Source: Camelus dromedarius
Lineage: Eukaryota
Length of the DNA stretch: 64,000 nt
NCBI RefSeq assembly: GCF_036321535.1
Contig: NC_087437.1
Location: 15,254,001-15,318,000, forward strand
Direction of reading: 5' to 3'
Each line of letters begins with the position of its first letter. The first letter of the stretch is position 1. Position numbers and translations under genes: made by a program. Below, piece by piece: positions 1 through 12,900 of the stretch. The notes below the pieces were generated by a model. That model was given only the letters and a program-made list of their open reading frames with translations. It was not told the DNA's origin and did not search any database.

Positions 1-2533
1 TAAAGAAATGCCAAAAGGACTTTTAAAGACAGAGAAAATGTCCCTTCCAAGGCAGTTAATGTTGCTACATTAACAGCTAAAATACAAATTTTACATGTGT
101 AGATATTCTGGTGGGAGTGGGATTACATTACTTATTTTGCATTTGACTCTGAATAAAGTTTTATAGTCCAAAAGTAGATTATTAAATGTAGCTTTTTAAA
201 CCCCCAATTTTATCTATATAGGAAACATTGGTACAGAGCATGATTATGTGTACATATTTTCGATACAGATGTTTAAAAGCAACTTTAACACGTATGCTTT
301 AATATAAGAATTCGAAAAACATTCAATCCCACAAAACTGAAAGGCAGGATTTTTACACTAATAGTCACAGTCATAGGAACAGTGTTCCCATTCCTTTCAA
401 TCTCAATTATCCAAGGCAAAAGATATCTAGGAGAAAATATATTTTTTTAAGGAAATGAATTTATAAGAATCTAAAGGAGAGAAATATGAACATTTAGGAG
501 CTGACCATGTTAAATGTAAATCAATGGGTATTCTCACCAACACGTTCTAAGTACAGCTCAGAAGAACTTGGGTCACACAGACATTTCAACTAAGTTTATG
601 CCAAGACATGCTAAAACTAATTATAATTTTAAAGTATTTCTTCTGTTAAGTTGCTTACCATTAAGTTTGTGGTGATTTTTAAACATAAAGCTGTCAAGTA
701 TCAAATAGCAATAACGTATTTGGTGTGACTGTAGCCTGATGGGCAGCAGATTCTTACATAAAATATGTGAACTCTCAGAAAATTTGTAAACTACCATAAC
801 CATAAAAATAACTAATTCTAAGTACAACTTTGAAATATTTGCTTAACTAAGCCACGTATCCTTTATATGGACTTTACCAGCTAATACAGGGCAGTGCACC
901 CAGCTGAAGAGATGCAGATCACACTGCTTAGAGATGTGTTATTAACTAAGGTCCCATTGGCTGAAATGTATCATCTAATTTTTACTCTGGAGTTCCTGTG
1001 AAATATGCTAATCATAAATGTTATAAAGAGTAACTCCTATTACTACTTTAAAAATGCAATGGAATACTTACACAGATAAATACATTAAATTAAGCAATGC
1101 ATATTTTGGGGGTTTCCACTGTGCAAGCAAACAGCACTACTGGCTACCTTGCATACGCCTCTGAAATATTAGCTATCAATGTTCCCTTTTCTAAGCAGTC
1201 TCCAATCTCCTGAAGTTACATGACATGCTTACAGATTCTATTTCCTGCCTGTTAGATGAGTTTTGGGTTCACCACAATTGCCACTTCATTTCTAAGGCAA
1301 CTATGCTGTATTTCAATGAGTAATAAAAACATAAAAATTTTTAATCAACCATTGAAAAGGATATTAACATCTCAAAGAGTTGAATGAATTAATCTTTCAA
1401 ATCAATTATGGAATGAGATTTTTCAAAAAAAAAAAAAGTGAGAAAAGTCTCTCTTACTTTCCTGCATTAAAAAATGTTCAGATGTAGGCTTTTCTAAAGG
1501 GATGGATTAGAAAACCATACAGCTGTAATTCAACACAGTTCTAAAACAAAGTTAAACTCATTTTTTCCCCATGAAAAGAACTTTGCTTTAAGGTAGAAAC
1601 TGGCAAGGGATTCCAGCTATAATTCAGAACCTCTGAATAAAGACCTGGCAACCCTAAGAACAAGCACCTTATCAGAGAGCACAACCGTCCTTGCTGCCAT
1701 TCAGGGCAGCAGCTGTGTGCTGGCCTAAATCAAATCCGCTTCCCTTTTTTACATCATTTGGGAAAAACAAATATCAAAACCAGAAAAGCAACCCCTCCTT
1801 TCCCCCAAAGAAGTCCATGTTCTCTTTAGACAACTATGAGAACTGTGTGAGCTGCTTTGCATGTTTATATTGCTTTACTTGGAATTTTAACGTCTTCACA
1901 TTAATGTTAGAAAGAGAAGTTTTATTTTGCTATCACAGCTCTGAAAGAACAGACTAGGCCAAGTTCCCCACTGTTATATAAGCTGGACCCTCGGGGTTCT
2001 GAATCTAAGAGTCAGGATGCATTTCTCCCACCTCCACCCATTCTCCAACGTGCCCCACGCCTCTGGCTGGGAAAGAGCCTGACAACATGAGGCCAGTTTC
2101 CATCCACTATTAACCTCTCCAGCAGCTCCGTGAAGCAGACAACATCTTTCTCACCATCACTCATATTTACTCTGCCCATCTGTCAAGTGTCAGGTTAAGT
2201 TTTTTTTTTTTTTTCAGAGAGTAGTTGATTTTAAATTAAGTTAAAGCAAAGTATTATGAAGAGATGCATAATAAAAGACCTTAATTTATAGGGAAAAAAT
2301 TTTAAAACCTATATATGTAAATTGGTCATTCACATCATGTTTTATCAAGACATTTGATGTGTAGAAAGGCACAATATAACAGCTAACCTAGCTTCTGAAA
2401 AAGAAAAAAAAAATTAGAAGATCATAATAACAAGAAATGGCTCCTCCCTTAACAAATCACTCTCATTTCAAGGATTTTAAGTTGGAATATTAGTTTTTCA
2501 GTAAGGAAATTTTAGCTAATTTCAATTATTGAG

Positions 2534-2983
2534 TGTAGTGGATTGAATGGTGGCCCCAAAGATATGTCCACATTCTAATCCTCAAAACCTGTAAATATCA
2601 CCTTATATGACAAAAGATGTGATTAAGTTAAGGCCCTCAAGAGTAGAAGTGTATCCTGGATAATGAGGTGAGTCCTAAGTGTAATCATACGTATCACTGT
2701 GGGGGGGTGGGGGGGGAGTTTTGAGAAACAGACACACGGTGGATAAGCTGACATGAACATGGAGCCAAGAGATGCAGCCAGAAGCCACGGAGTGCCAACA
2801 GCCACCAGAAGCTGGAAGATGCCAGAAAGGTTTCCCCCTTAGGGCCTCTGGAAGGAGCAAGGCCCTGCCTGTACCCTGATTTCAAACTGGGCCTCCAGAA
2901 TTCAACTGTGAGAGAATAAATACCTGTTGTTTTACCAGTAAGGTTGTAGCAATTTGTTACAGCAGCCACAGGACACTAGTACA
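2534..2983 (+). mobile_element. MaLR solo LTR (MLT1C-like)
   Basis: TGTAGTGGATTGAATGGTGGCCCC start; AATAAA near the end then TTGTTACAGCAGCCACAGGACACTAGTACA; 5-bp TSD-like ttgag/ctgag. Confidence 0.85.
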
Positions 2984-3860
2984 CTGAGGGAAAGTGTGTA
3001 TTAAAAGAGTAATCCTTAAACCATACAAACTTAGAAGTAAAAGGGTAACCCTATATTATAAATAGAATACATCAATGAGACACAACATACAATGATATAG
3101 TAAGCCCATTTTTACAAATGAAACTTTAAAGCAAATTTCTCTATAAGATTTTACATGTAACACTAATAGATATCATTTGAGTGAGATAAGGCGACTTTAT
3201 AAGCAGAAGTTTTACCTAATCTCTAAATATTCAGGTACAATACTAAAGTGCAGTAAGCAAGAGACAGGAAAATGAATTAATCTTCCAAATCAGACTAAAA
3301 AGTGACAGAAATTAAAAACAATTATAAATGCCTGCAAAAAACCCACAAATAAAAGTGGCTTCTGAAACTATACATCACTAAGTATAAAGGATCCCACTAT
3401 ACGATCTGCTTGAATGGGCAAAACTGACATAAGGGAAGAGAGTGACGTGGGGAATTATAAATTGCTCAGGCCATAATATTTGGAAGAGGTCTTTTGGAAA
3501 AAAGAAAGCAACAACTTGGTCATTCTGGGACTTAAAAAAATAATCAAATACTGTAACCTGTCTAACTTCAATATTATCACCTAAAAATGGAATAGTGTCT
3601 ACCTATCTCATAGTGTTAACAGCCCTCTCACAGATTATTGTGAGGACGAAATGAGATTACACACAGTGATGGCCCATGGTTTAGATCATAGTTTATCTCC
3701 ACAAACTGGCTGACTGGGAACTAACTCTACTTGCTTTCTGAATTCCTTACTCTAGGGAACAGTTATTCGATTTTTTTAAAGAATAGAAAAGCATTTTTAA
3801 AACGTTTGGAGCCTCTTCTTCATTTTCATTCTGTTCATTTCTGGGGGTCTCAGCACTTAC

Positions 3861-4020
3861 CACATCACTAGCACTGGAGAATTCATTATTAACCAGACTT
3901 TCGAGAGCCATCCACCGAACTGGTCTGTTTTCATTGTCCCCCAGACAATGATAGTCCATGGGGAACAAGTCTCTGGAGAGGGCATTGTCTGTGATCTTAA
4001 CTTGAAGTGTGTCATCAATG
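3861..4020 (-). CDS. RYK: RYK exon 13 (DNA in place of DFG): [53 protein letters not shown]
   Basis: Acceptor cttttcag|CATTGA, donor GATGTG|gtaagt; 160 nt. Confidence 0.97.
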
Positions 4021-7000
4021 CTGAAAAGTAAAGACAGTGAACATCAAATGCAATCAGAGTACTTAAAAATATGGACCACAGTCACTCAAATACAACACAA
4101 TTCCCACTGTGACTCCAGGAGAGAACCCCAAATCCAGGGGGCAATAAACACCAAACAACAGTGACGAGCTCATAGCACCTACACACAGTTCCTAGCAGCC
4201 AGGTCTTTGTGGATGACTTCCCTTCTGGCCAGGTAGCTCATCCCACAGGCAATCTGAATAGCCATGTGTACCAGGTCTTGCTGAGAAATTGCCTGTGGTA
4301 ACAGAAAACGACAATGTTTGCAGGCAGCACAAAAATGATGAGGGCAGTTGCTTGTTTTATTCCACAATCCTACTCCATCCCAAAACACTTCTTTACACCT
4401 ACACACTGAGTTTTAAAAAGCTACTTCTTGACCAAGAATATGTTCCCATAGCTCCCTGTATTTATGTCTGCCGTAGTCTTTATCATCCTGCAATATGTAA
4501 TTTACCATTTACTTCACTGTCTCTCTCATCTGTTAGGTCTGTCTCCCCAGCAACCAGCACAGACAGTAGCTGCTCAATAAGTTATCTGTTCAGTGAATGA
4601 ATTGTCAAGGTCATATTTAATAATGCTTATTATTATTTTACAATAGGTTTTTAGTAGGAGGCAATCCCCTGGGGACCACTTTCAAACTAATGCAGGTCTA
4701 CAGCTCTCTCTAGTGACGGCCTCCTCCAGAGCCAGGGTGCCTGTACTGTAGGCTGAGCAATGAAATCCCTCTCCAGGTGGTGCTGACAGGTCACAGCCTC
4801 CAACCACTTGCTGGAAAGCCTAGCTTTAATCTGTCAATTTACCGAGCATCTCATAGCTATAAAGCCAAATATTCAATGCAGCTTTTGAATCTACTTTCTC
4901 CTGGCTACTCTAATAAGAACATTATTACAAATCCTAAAACCAAATTAATGAGGCTACAAGGTACAGAAGGGAGCGAAACACCCACCAGACTTCACTACCA
5001 CTACCTTCATAATGTGTCTGGAATCCAACAAATGCCTCACAGCTATGTGCATGAGTAGTAAAGAGAAAGAAACTCTTAGATGACTGATATCTTGCAAGCA
5101 AGCATATTAAAAATATCCCCAATTATCCCCCACAACCTATACTTCCAGTCATCACCAGCTTTTTAGGGGGGTAGGGGGGTGTGGGCGGGGATGTGTACAG
5201 TATGGACCAAGTGGCTCTGTAAAGTCGATTTCCATTCCTAGAAGGGAGATTCAGCACCAGAGCCCGCAAAGAGTTATCAGAAAAATGACTGAGACGGTGT
5301 TACAGAAGGTTTGAGGTGATTATGAATAAACACACAACGGTTATACAGGGAAAAACTTCAGCATCAGCGGAGTGTAAGCCTCAAGACAGGAATCACAAAC
5401 CATCTTCTTCTAAGTCAACAGGTTATACATATCTTCTGGTTCATTCTGAGTTTTGTTTTGCAGGCCTTCAGACAGTTTATATACAAAAATGTTAACATCT
5501 ACTTTTAAAAATATTAGAAGCTACCAGTAAATAACTGGTGCTCAGGCAAAGTTTTCTCACCTGCGGATTATTGGCCTCCACTAATTTGCACTGCCGTAAA
5601 AACAATTTAAGATTCCCCCAATTCATGTAAGGCAGTATCACCATGGGTTTTTCTCCTTCTTCTATACACACATGGGTAATGGGAAGAAGATTTCTGTAAA
5701 ATAATAAGAAATCAGGAGAAAGACAAGTGAAACGTCAGGGGTTTATTTTTAATTATAAGTAACAAAATAAAAATAACCTAAAACAACAAGAAAATCTCAA
5801 ACATACTTAAAAACATGATTATCATTAAAAATGTAAAATTTTAAATGACTGTAATGTTTCCTACAAATGCACTTTCTTGATAGGGAAAAATTATAAACTC
5901 AAAAGATGTTTCCTGTGGATTAGAGTCTCTTAAAACACACTCTAGCCACACTAAATCTTTAAAGGGTAATCCCCCTAAAAAATGACTTGAGCATGAGCAT
6001 ATTATGGTAACATTTGGTTCATCATCAGGCTTAAGAAAAAAGCCCCACACAGTCTGCAGAGCAGTACGATAACCAAGAGTCTGAAACTGCCACAAGAAGC
6101 CAAGAAGTCTTCAGCACATCACATGAGATTTAGAAACTGATTTCTAAATCCTAAATTTACCACTCATTGTCTGTGTGAACACCTCTCTTGGCCTTAGTTT
6201 CCATAGCTCTAACACGAGGATGCCACCAACCACACAATGTTGCTATGATATACAAATAAAGCCACGCACGTAGGAAAAGATCTTGTTTTAAAATTTCCAT
6301 GGCACACATAAATACTTTCATCCTATTGTCTAATGACACCTCTTCCACTGGTACCTGGAAATAACTATTCCTTTTCCCCAAGATTACGTAACTTTTTACA
6401 TAATTACCTCATTTCCCCGACTAGGCTGAAAATTCCTAGATGGAAAAAACTAAAGTGAACTCTTTTTTTTTCTTTTTTACACCCAGTGCTTTGTATTCTG
6501 TGCCACAGAAATAAGCATTTAATAAATATTTGATAAATAACACCAAATAACAGCCTTAACAACATTCCTACTTCTTAACTTAGTAAATTCTGCCTCTAAG
6601 GATATTAATAAGGAAATATTATTAAACATAAGAAAGTTACATGGACAAGGATAGTTAATGCAGTATTACTAGTAAAAAGTTGCAAACAAGTTGAATGTCC
6701 AAATATAAGGAAGTATACTGAAATAATAGGATAGCATAAAACAACTGAACAGTCACAAAGAGGTGTTAAGAGAATACGAGTGAAAGCTTATTTTTACAGG
6801 AAAGCAAGACACAAAATTCAGTTATGTTTGCAGGACATTTACAAATACGGAGAAAAAGGAACAAAACTCTGCACAGAAATATGCCAAGAGTTGTTTGTCT
6901 TTGAGTTGTGGGACTTTAGATCATGTCTACCTTCCTTTTCTGTATTTCCTAAATTGTCTCAATTAACTATGTATCTCTTTTAAAACCACAGTCTCACAAT

Positions 7001-9932
7001 TCTGGCCTAACAATGCACAAGTGAACGCCGTGGGCCCCCCCTCATGCTGTGCAGGAATTACTAACAGGGAAAGAAAGCACTGACCCTGAGGACCCAGGAA
7101 AATGAAGACTCAGAGACCAGTGAACCTGCATGAGGCCTCTCTGTAGGGCCTCTGCTTACATTACAGCCTGAGAGCGGCAGTGATGCTTAGTCTCTCTTTA
7201 CAGGTGATGAAACCCATGCAGGGAGAGAGGGGTAAGGTAATCTGCCAAGGACAAACAGCAAGCACACGGAGAAAAAAATTCAAATCTTCATCTGATTCCA
7301 ATCCCTGTGTTTTCCCCTGGATCACTGCACAGTCCCTCCCAGCGGAGCAAGGCGGAGTACAGGGGAGAGGACAGAGCCTCTTCTCACACCAGGACCCATG
7401 CATACTACGGTGACAACAGCAGGAGGGGGCGGGAGGCGGAACTGGAGGAAGTTGGTCAAAAAGGTACAAACTTCCAGTTACATAAGATAAATAACTCCTA
7501 GGGATGACTATACCTAACACTGCTGTCCGAGATGCAGGAACACTGCTAAGAGAGTAAATCCCAAGAGCTCTCATCACAAGGAGAATTTTTTTTTTCTTTT
7601 CTTCTTTCTTTCCTTTGTATTGTATCTATATCAGAAGATGGATGTTAACTGAACCTCCTGTGGTAATTATTTCACAATATGTGTAAATCAAATCATCATG
7701 GTGTACGCTTTAAACGTATACAGTGATGTACGTCAATTCTCTCAATAAAACTGAAAAAAAAAAAAAAGACCACAGCAGGTTTGCACTCAGGTTTAGCTGA
7801 GCATGCCATGGTTTTGGGGTAATAAGAAGAGCCACCCATCAAAATTATTTCTCTGTTCCTTTCCTCATGACTGAAATTTACTGAGCAGAGCTTTTTAAAG
7901 ACATTTGCTCCAAGCCCAGTCATTTTGCTGGAAAAGATCAAATCCTTTATTCTTTCATCAGAGGATTAAAAGCCCTCGGGAGAGGTGACAAGCTGCATGA
8001 AAACATTTCAAAGTGTGCATGGCTGCTCTTCATTCTGCCCATTTTGCTAAGGAAAGGAAGGTAAAGAGGAAGGCCTGGGATCTGTAAGAGTGGACGAGCA
8101 AGGGCAGAGGCAGGTGCTGCAGAGAACAAGGCAGAGGAAAAGGCAGGCTCTGTGGGGAGCTGAGGCAAGAATGCGTCCAGTCCTCGGTCTGGCCGAGCGC
8201 CTCTGCAGAGTGGAGCCGCAAGGCATTCAGCAAAGTGCCTGCCATCAGGCACTGCTGCATGGTATGTAGGAACATTGTTTAGACAGTAAATCCCAAGAAT
8301 TCTCATCCCAAGGAGAATTTTTTTTTTCTTCTTTTCTTCTTTCCCCCTTTGATAACCATAGTTGTCTGTGAGTCTGTTTTTGGCTTGTAAATATAATTTG
8401 TATCTTTTTTTTCTTAGATTCCACATACAAGTGATATCATATGGTATTTTTCTTTCCCTTTCTGACTTACTTCACTTAGAATGACGATCTCCAGGTCTAC
8501 CCATGTTGTTGCAAATGGTATTTCATTCTTTTTTATGGCTGAGTGATATTCCATTGTGTATATATACCACAACTTCTTTATCCATTCATCTGTCAATGGA
8601 CATTTAGGTTGTTTCCATGTCTTGGATATTGTAATTAGTGCTACTGTGAACATTGGGACATTGTGTCTTTTTGAATTAGTTTTCTCTGGATATATGCCCA
8701 GGAGGGGGATTGCTGGATTATATGGTAAACCTATTTTTAGTTTTTTAAGGAACCTCAATACTGTCCTCCATAGTTGCTGCACCATTTTACATTTCCACCA
8801 ACAGTGTAAGAGGGTTCCCTTTTCTCCAAACCCTCACCAGCACTTATCATTTATGGACTTTTTAATGATGATCATTCTGACTGGTGTGAGATGATACCTC
8901 CTCGCAGTTTTGATTTGCATTTCTCTAATTAATCAGCAATGTCGAGCATCTTTTCATGTGCCTGTTGGCCATCTGGATGTCTTCTTTGAAGAGATGACTA
9001 GGTCTTCTGCCCATTTTTTGACTGCATTCTTTTTTTTTTTTTCATATTAAGCTATATCAGCTGTTTGCATATTTTGGAAATTAGTCCCTCATTGGTCTCA
9101 TTTGCAAATATTTTCTGCCATTCTGTAGGTTGTCTTTTTGTTTTGTCGATGGCATCCCTTGCTGTGCAAAAAGCTTTTAAGTTTAACTAGGTCCCATTTA
9201 TTTATTTTTGCTTTTATTTCCATTACTCTAGGAGCTGCTTTGAAAAAACTATTGCTGAAATTTACGTCAAAGACTGTTCTGCCTATGTTTTCCTCCAGGA
9301 GTTTCATAGTATCAGGTCTTACATTTAGGTCTTTAATCCATTTTGAGTTTATTTTTGTATGTGGTGTTAGAGAATGTTCTCATTTCATTCTTTTACAGGT
9401 AGCTGTCCAGTTTCCCAACACCACTTATTGAAGAGACTGTCTTTTCTCCATTTATACTCTTGCTTCCTTTGTTATAGATTAATTGACCACAAGTGGGTGA
9501 GTTTATTTCTGGACTTTCTATCCTGTTCCACTGATCTATGTGTCTGTTTTTGTGCCAGAACATATTGTTTTGATTACTGTAGCTCTGTAGTATAGTCTGA
9601 AGTAAACGAATGTGATTCCTACAGCTCCTTTCTTCTTTCTCAAGATTGGTTTGGCTATTTGGGGTCTTTTGTGTTTCCACACAAATTTAAAAATTTTCTG
9701 TTCCAGTTATGTGAAAAATGTCATTGACAATTTAATAGGTATTGTACTGAATCTATGCATTGCCTTGGGTAGTATGGCCATTTTAACAATATTGAGTGGA
9801 AAATAACAATATTAAACCACACAATTTTAACCCTTCAAAAGGACATCTTCAATCCCTCAATACTGTGTGTTCAACTTTTTTAAAGGCCTCTGGCTTTTTT
9901 ATTTTCAGTGCAACTAAAAAGATTATCTGCAT

Positions 9933-9980
<48 letters not shown>

Positions 9981-12900
9981 TCATCATCATCATAATAAAA
10001 ACTCAATCCAACAATGGGCAGAAGACCTAAATAAGCAATTCTCCAATGAAGACATACAAATGGCCAATAGGGACATGAAAAAATGTTCAATATCACTAAT
10101 TACAAGAGAAATGCAAATCAAAACTACAATGAAGTATCACCTCACAGAATGACCATTGGAATGACCATCATTCAAAAGTCCACAAATGATAAATGCTGGA
10201 GAGGGTGTGGAGGAAAGGGAACCCTCCTACACTGCTAGTAGGAATGTAATTTGGTGCAGCTATTATGGAAAGCAGTATGGAGAGTTCTCAAAAAACTAAA
10301 AATAGACTTACCATATGATCCAGCAATCCCCTTTCTGGGCATGTATCCAGAGGGAACTTCAATTTGAAATGATACATGCACCCCAATGTTCATATCAGCA
10401 CTGTTTACAATAGCCAAGACATGGAAACAACCTAAATGTCCACTGACAGATGACTGGATAAAGAAGTTGTGGTATATATACACAATGGAATACTACTCAG
10501 CCATAAAAAATAATGAAATAATGCCATTTGCAGCAACATGGATGGATATGGAGATGGTCATTCTAAGTAAAGTAAGCCAGAAAGAGAAAATACCATATGA
10601 TATCACTTATATGTGGAATCTAAAAAAAAGACAAATGAACTTATTTATAAAACAGAAACAGACTCACAGACATAGAAAACAAACTTATGGTTACTGGGGT
10701 GTGGAGGGAGGGAAGAGGGTGGGAAAACATAAATTAGGAGTTTGAGATTTGCAGATACTAATTACTATATATAAAATAGATAAACAAGTTTATACTGTAC
10801 AACTCAGGGAACTATATCCAATATCTTATAGTAACCTATAGTGAAAAAGAATATGAAAATGAATATATGTATGTATATGTATGACTGAAACACTATGCTG
10901 TATACTAGAAATTGACACAATACTATAAACTGACTATACTTCAATAAAAAAAGTATATCTGTTCATTACTTTAATCAATGTCCCAAGTATATGGTAAACC
11001 TACGCAGACATCAGCTTCAGAATTTGAAACCAGAAAAACTTTTTTCTCCCCCAAGAAACATGTAAGTTTCTTTCCCTTCTAATAATGAGATTTATCAAAT
11101 TTTAATGTTTCCTTCAGCTTTGCTTGCCCAGAAATTAAGAGTTGTTTTATGCTCAACCACAGTAAGAATAACTCCTTACTGCTGGCTTGTTTCCTTTTCT
11201 ACCATCACAATGCCAGAAAATTGTTTTCATTTTCATTACCATTTTATTGATCTTACTATAGCTGCCTTCTTTTTAGGTTCACAGATTCTTTTGAACATGA
11301 ACCAAAGCGTAAATAAAATTCAAAGATAAAACAGTGTAGTCATCTTATCTTTTGGTAGAACTCAAGTAACTGCTCAAAGTACACGGAAACTACAATGCAT
11401 GATGCCTTTTGCACACATCACTTTCTTTTTTTTTCCAGAAGTCCATTAATATCCTCCAATGAGAATGGACACCATTCCATATTTAAAACATATGTGACCA
11501 AAGTTTCAGTAGGCATACAAATTAAGTTGACTCTATACAATAGTTTAAAAAAACTCAAACAAATCTTGCCCCAACACTGACCCTGCTGCACATTGTGATA
11601 CTATATTTAAGCCCTTTTTGGCTTAGAAGATAGAATTTTTTTTGTTATAGTTCTGTGAAGAGGTTGTTATTAACCTTTTTTAAAAAAGTTCTTCATATAG
11701 AACTATAAGTATTTTTTTAAAACTCATACTACGAACTAATGAGGAGAGATTGGCTAACTAAAACATGGTCCATCTGTTCAATGTACTGCTATGTAGTCTT
11801 TTTAAATGTGGACATGAATTTACTTACATGAAGAGATAGATACATTGTTTTGCTGTATCAAGAAGCATGTTAAGCTTGTTAAGGATAATGGCATTGTGAT
11901 TATATAGGAAAATATCCTCAATTTCTTGGAAAATGCATGCTAGAAATGCATCGAAAGTGCTGAAATGTCCAATTTACTCACAAATAAAATATCTATCTAT
12001 CTATCTATCTACTTATATCTACCCAAATAGATGACAGATACATATATACACATGCACAGCAAAAACAGCCAAAATGTTAATTATTAATGAATTTAGGAGA
12101 TGGGCTTATTGGTGTTTATTATTCTTGTCTTTAGTACTCTATATGCTCAAAATTTCTTAACAAACATTTTTAGCATATGTATATCATTATACTATTTTTG
12201 AAGGGAAATATGCACATAAATATGTATAAACTCTTTCTTGAAAGCTCAGCTATAATCATCCAGATGTGGGCTTATACCCTTCTTTACACTTTACTATGTT
12301 TTTTATTTTTTGTGCAATGAGTATGTATTTCACTTTTATATTCAGGAAAAAAATTAAGCTATTCTAAAAACATTTGCAATTCAGAACACATCAGAACATT
12401 CTTAAAAATGTAGCATACAGTGTTTACTATGCTTAACATTTAAATGCTGGGTGGTTTCTCCTCTTACCTGTGATGAAGACCTCGTAGCTTACAACTTTCA
12501 GTGAGCATCATTGTCACCTGAATTTCAGAAGCTTGATCTGTGTAAAGAAAAAGACATTGTCATATATAGTATGATAATATTATATATAACATCAATATTT
12601 TCTGGTACTAGTAAGTAATTACATCAGACTATACAGTAAATTTTCATAAAAGTTACAGGCGTATCTAAATAGGTCTAGGCTGAAATTCTATTGGAGGAGG
12701 TAGAGTCTCACTGACAAGGTCAACATCAACAGAAGCCATTAAAGATAGATTTGACTATGTAAAAATTAGAAATTAAAAGGTTCCAGAAACAAAGTAGTGA
12801 AAGTAATAACAGACTGGGGAAACAGCTACAACATAATGTATGTAAAAGGCTAATTTCATTTTCCCCTCTTCTTTAAAGAACCCATACAATCAATAAGGAA

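Noticed and set aside
4179..4186. Overlapping GTGTGT donors at the exon 12 end
   Set aside because: Only the donor ending the exon at 4183 keeps frame with exon 13 and has a good consensus (gtaggt); nothing in the sequence supports alternatives.
9796..10152. PolyQ/polyH-containing ORF
   Set aside because: Translation of a (CAA)n(CAT)n microsatellite running into L1 ORF2 debris.
8345..10947. A single L1 with a twin-priming 5' inversion
   Set aside because: The two parts overlap in L1 coordinates, are separated by non-L1 sequence, and the right part has its own TSD.
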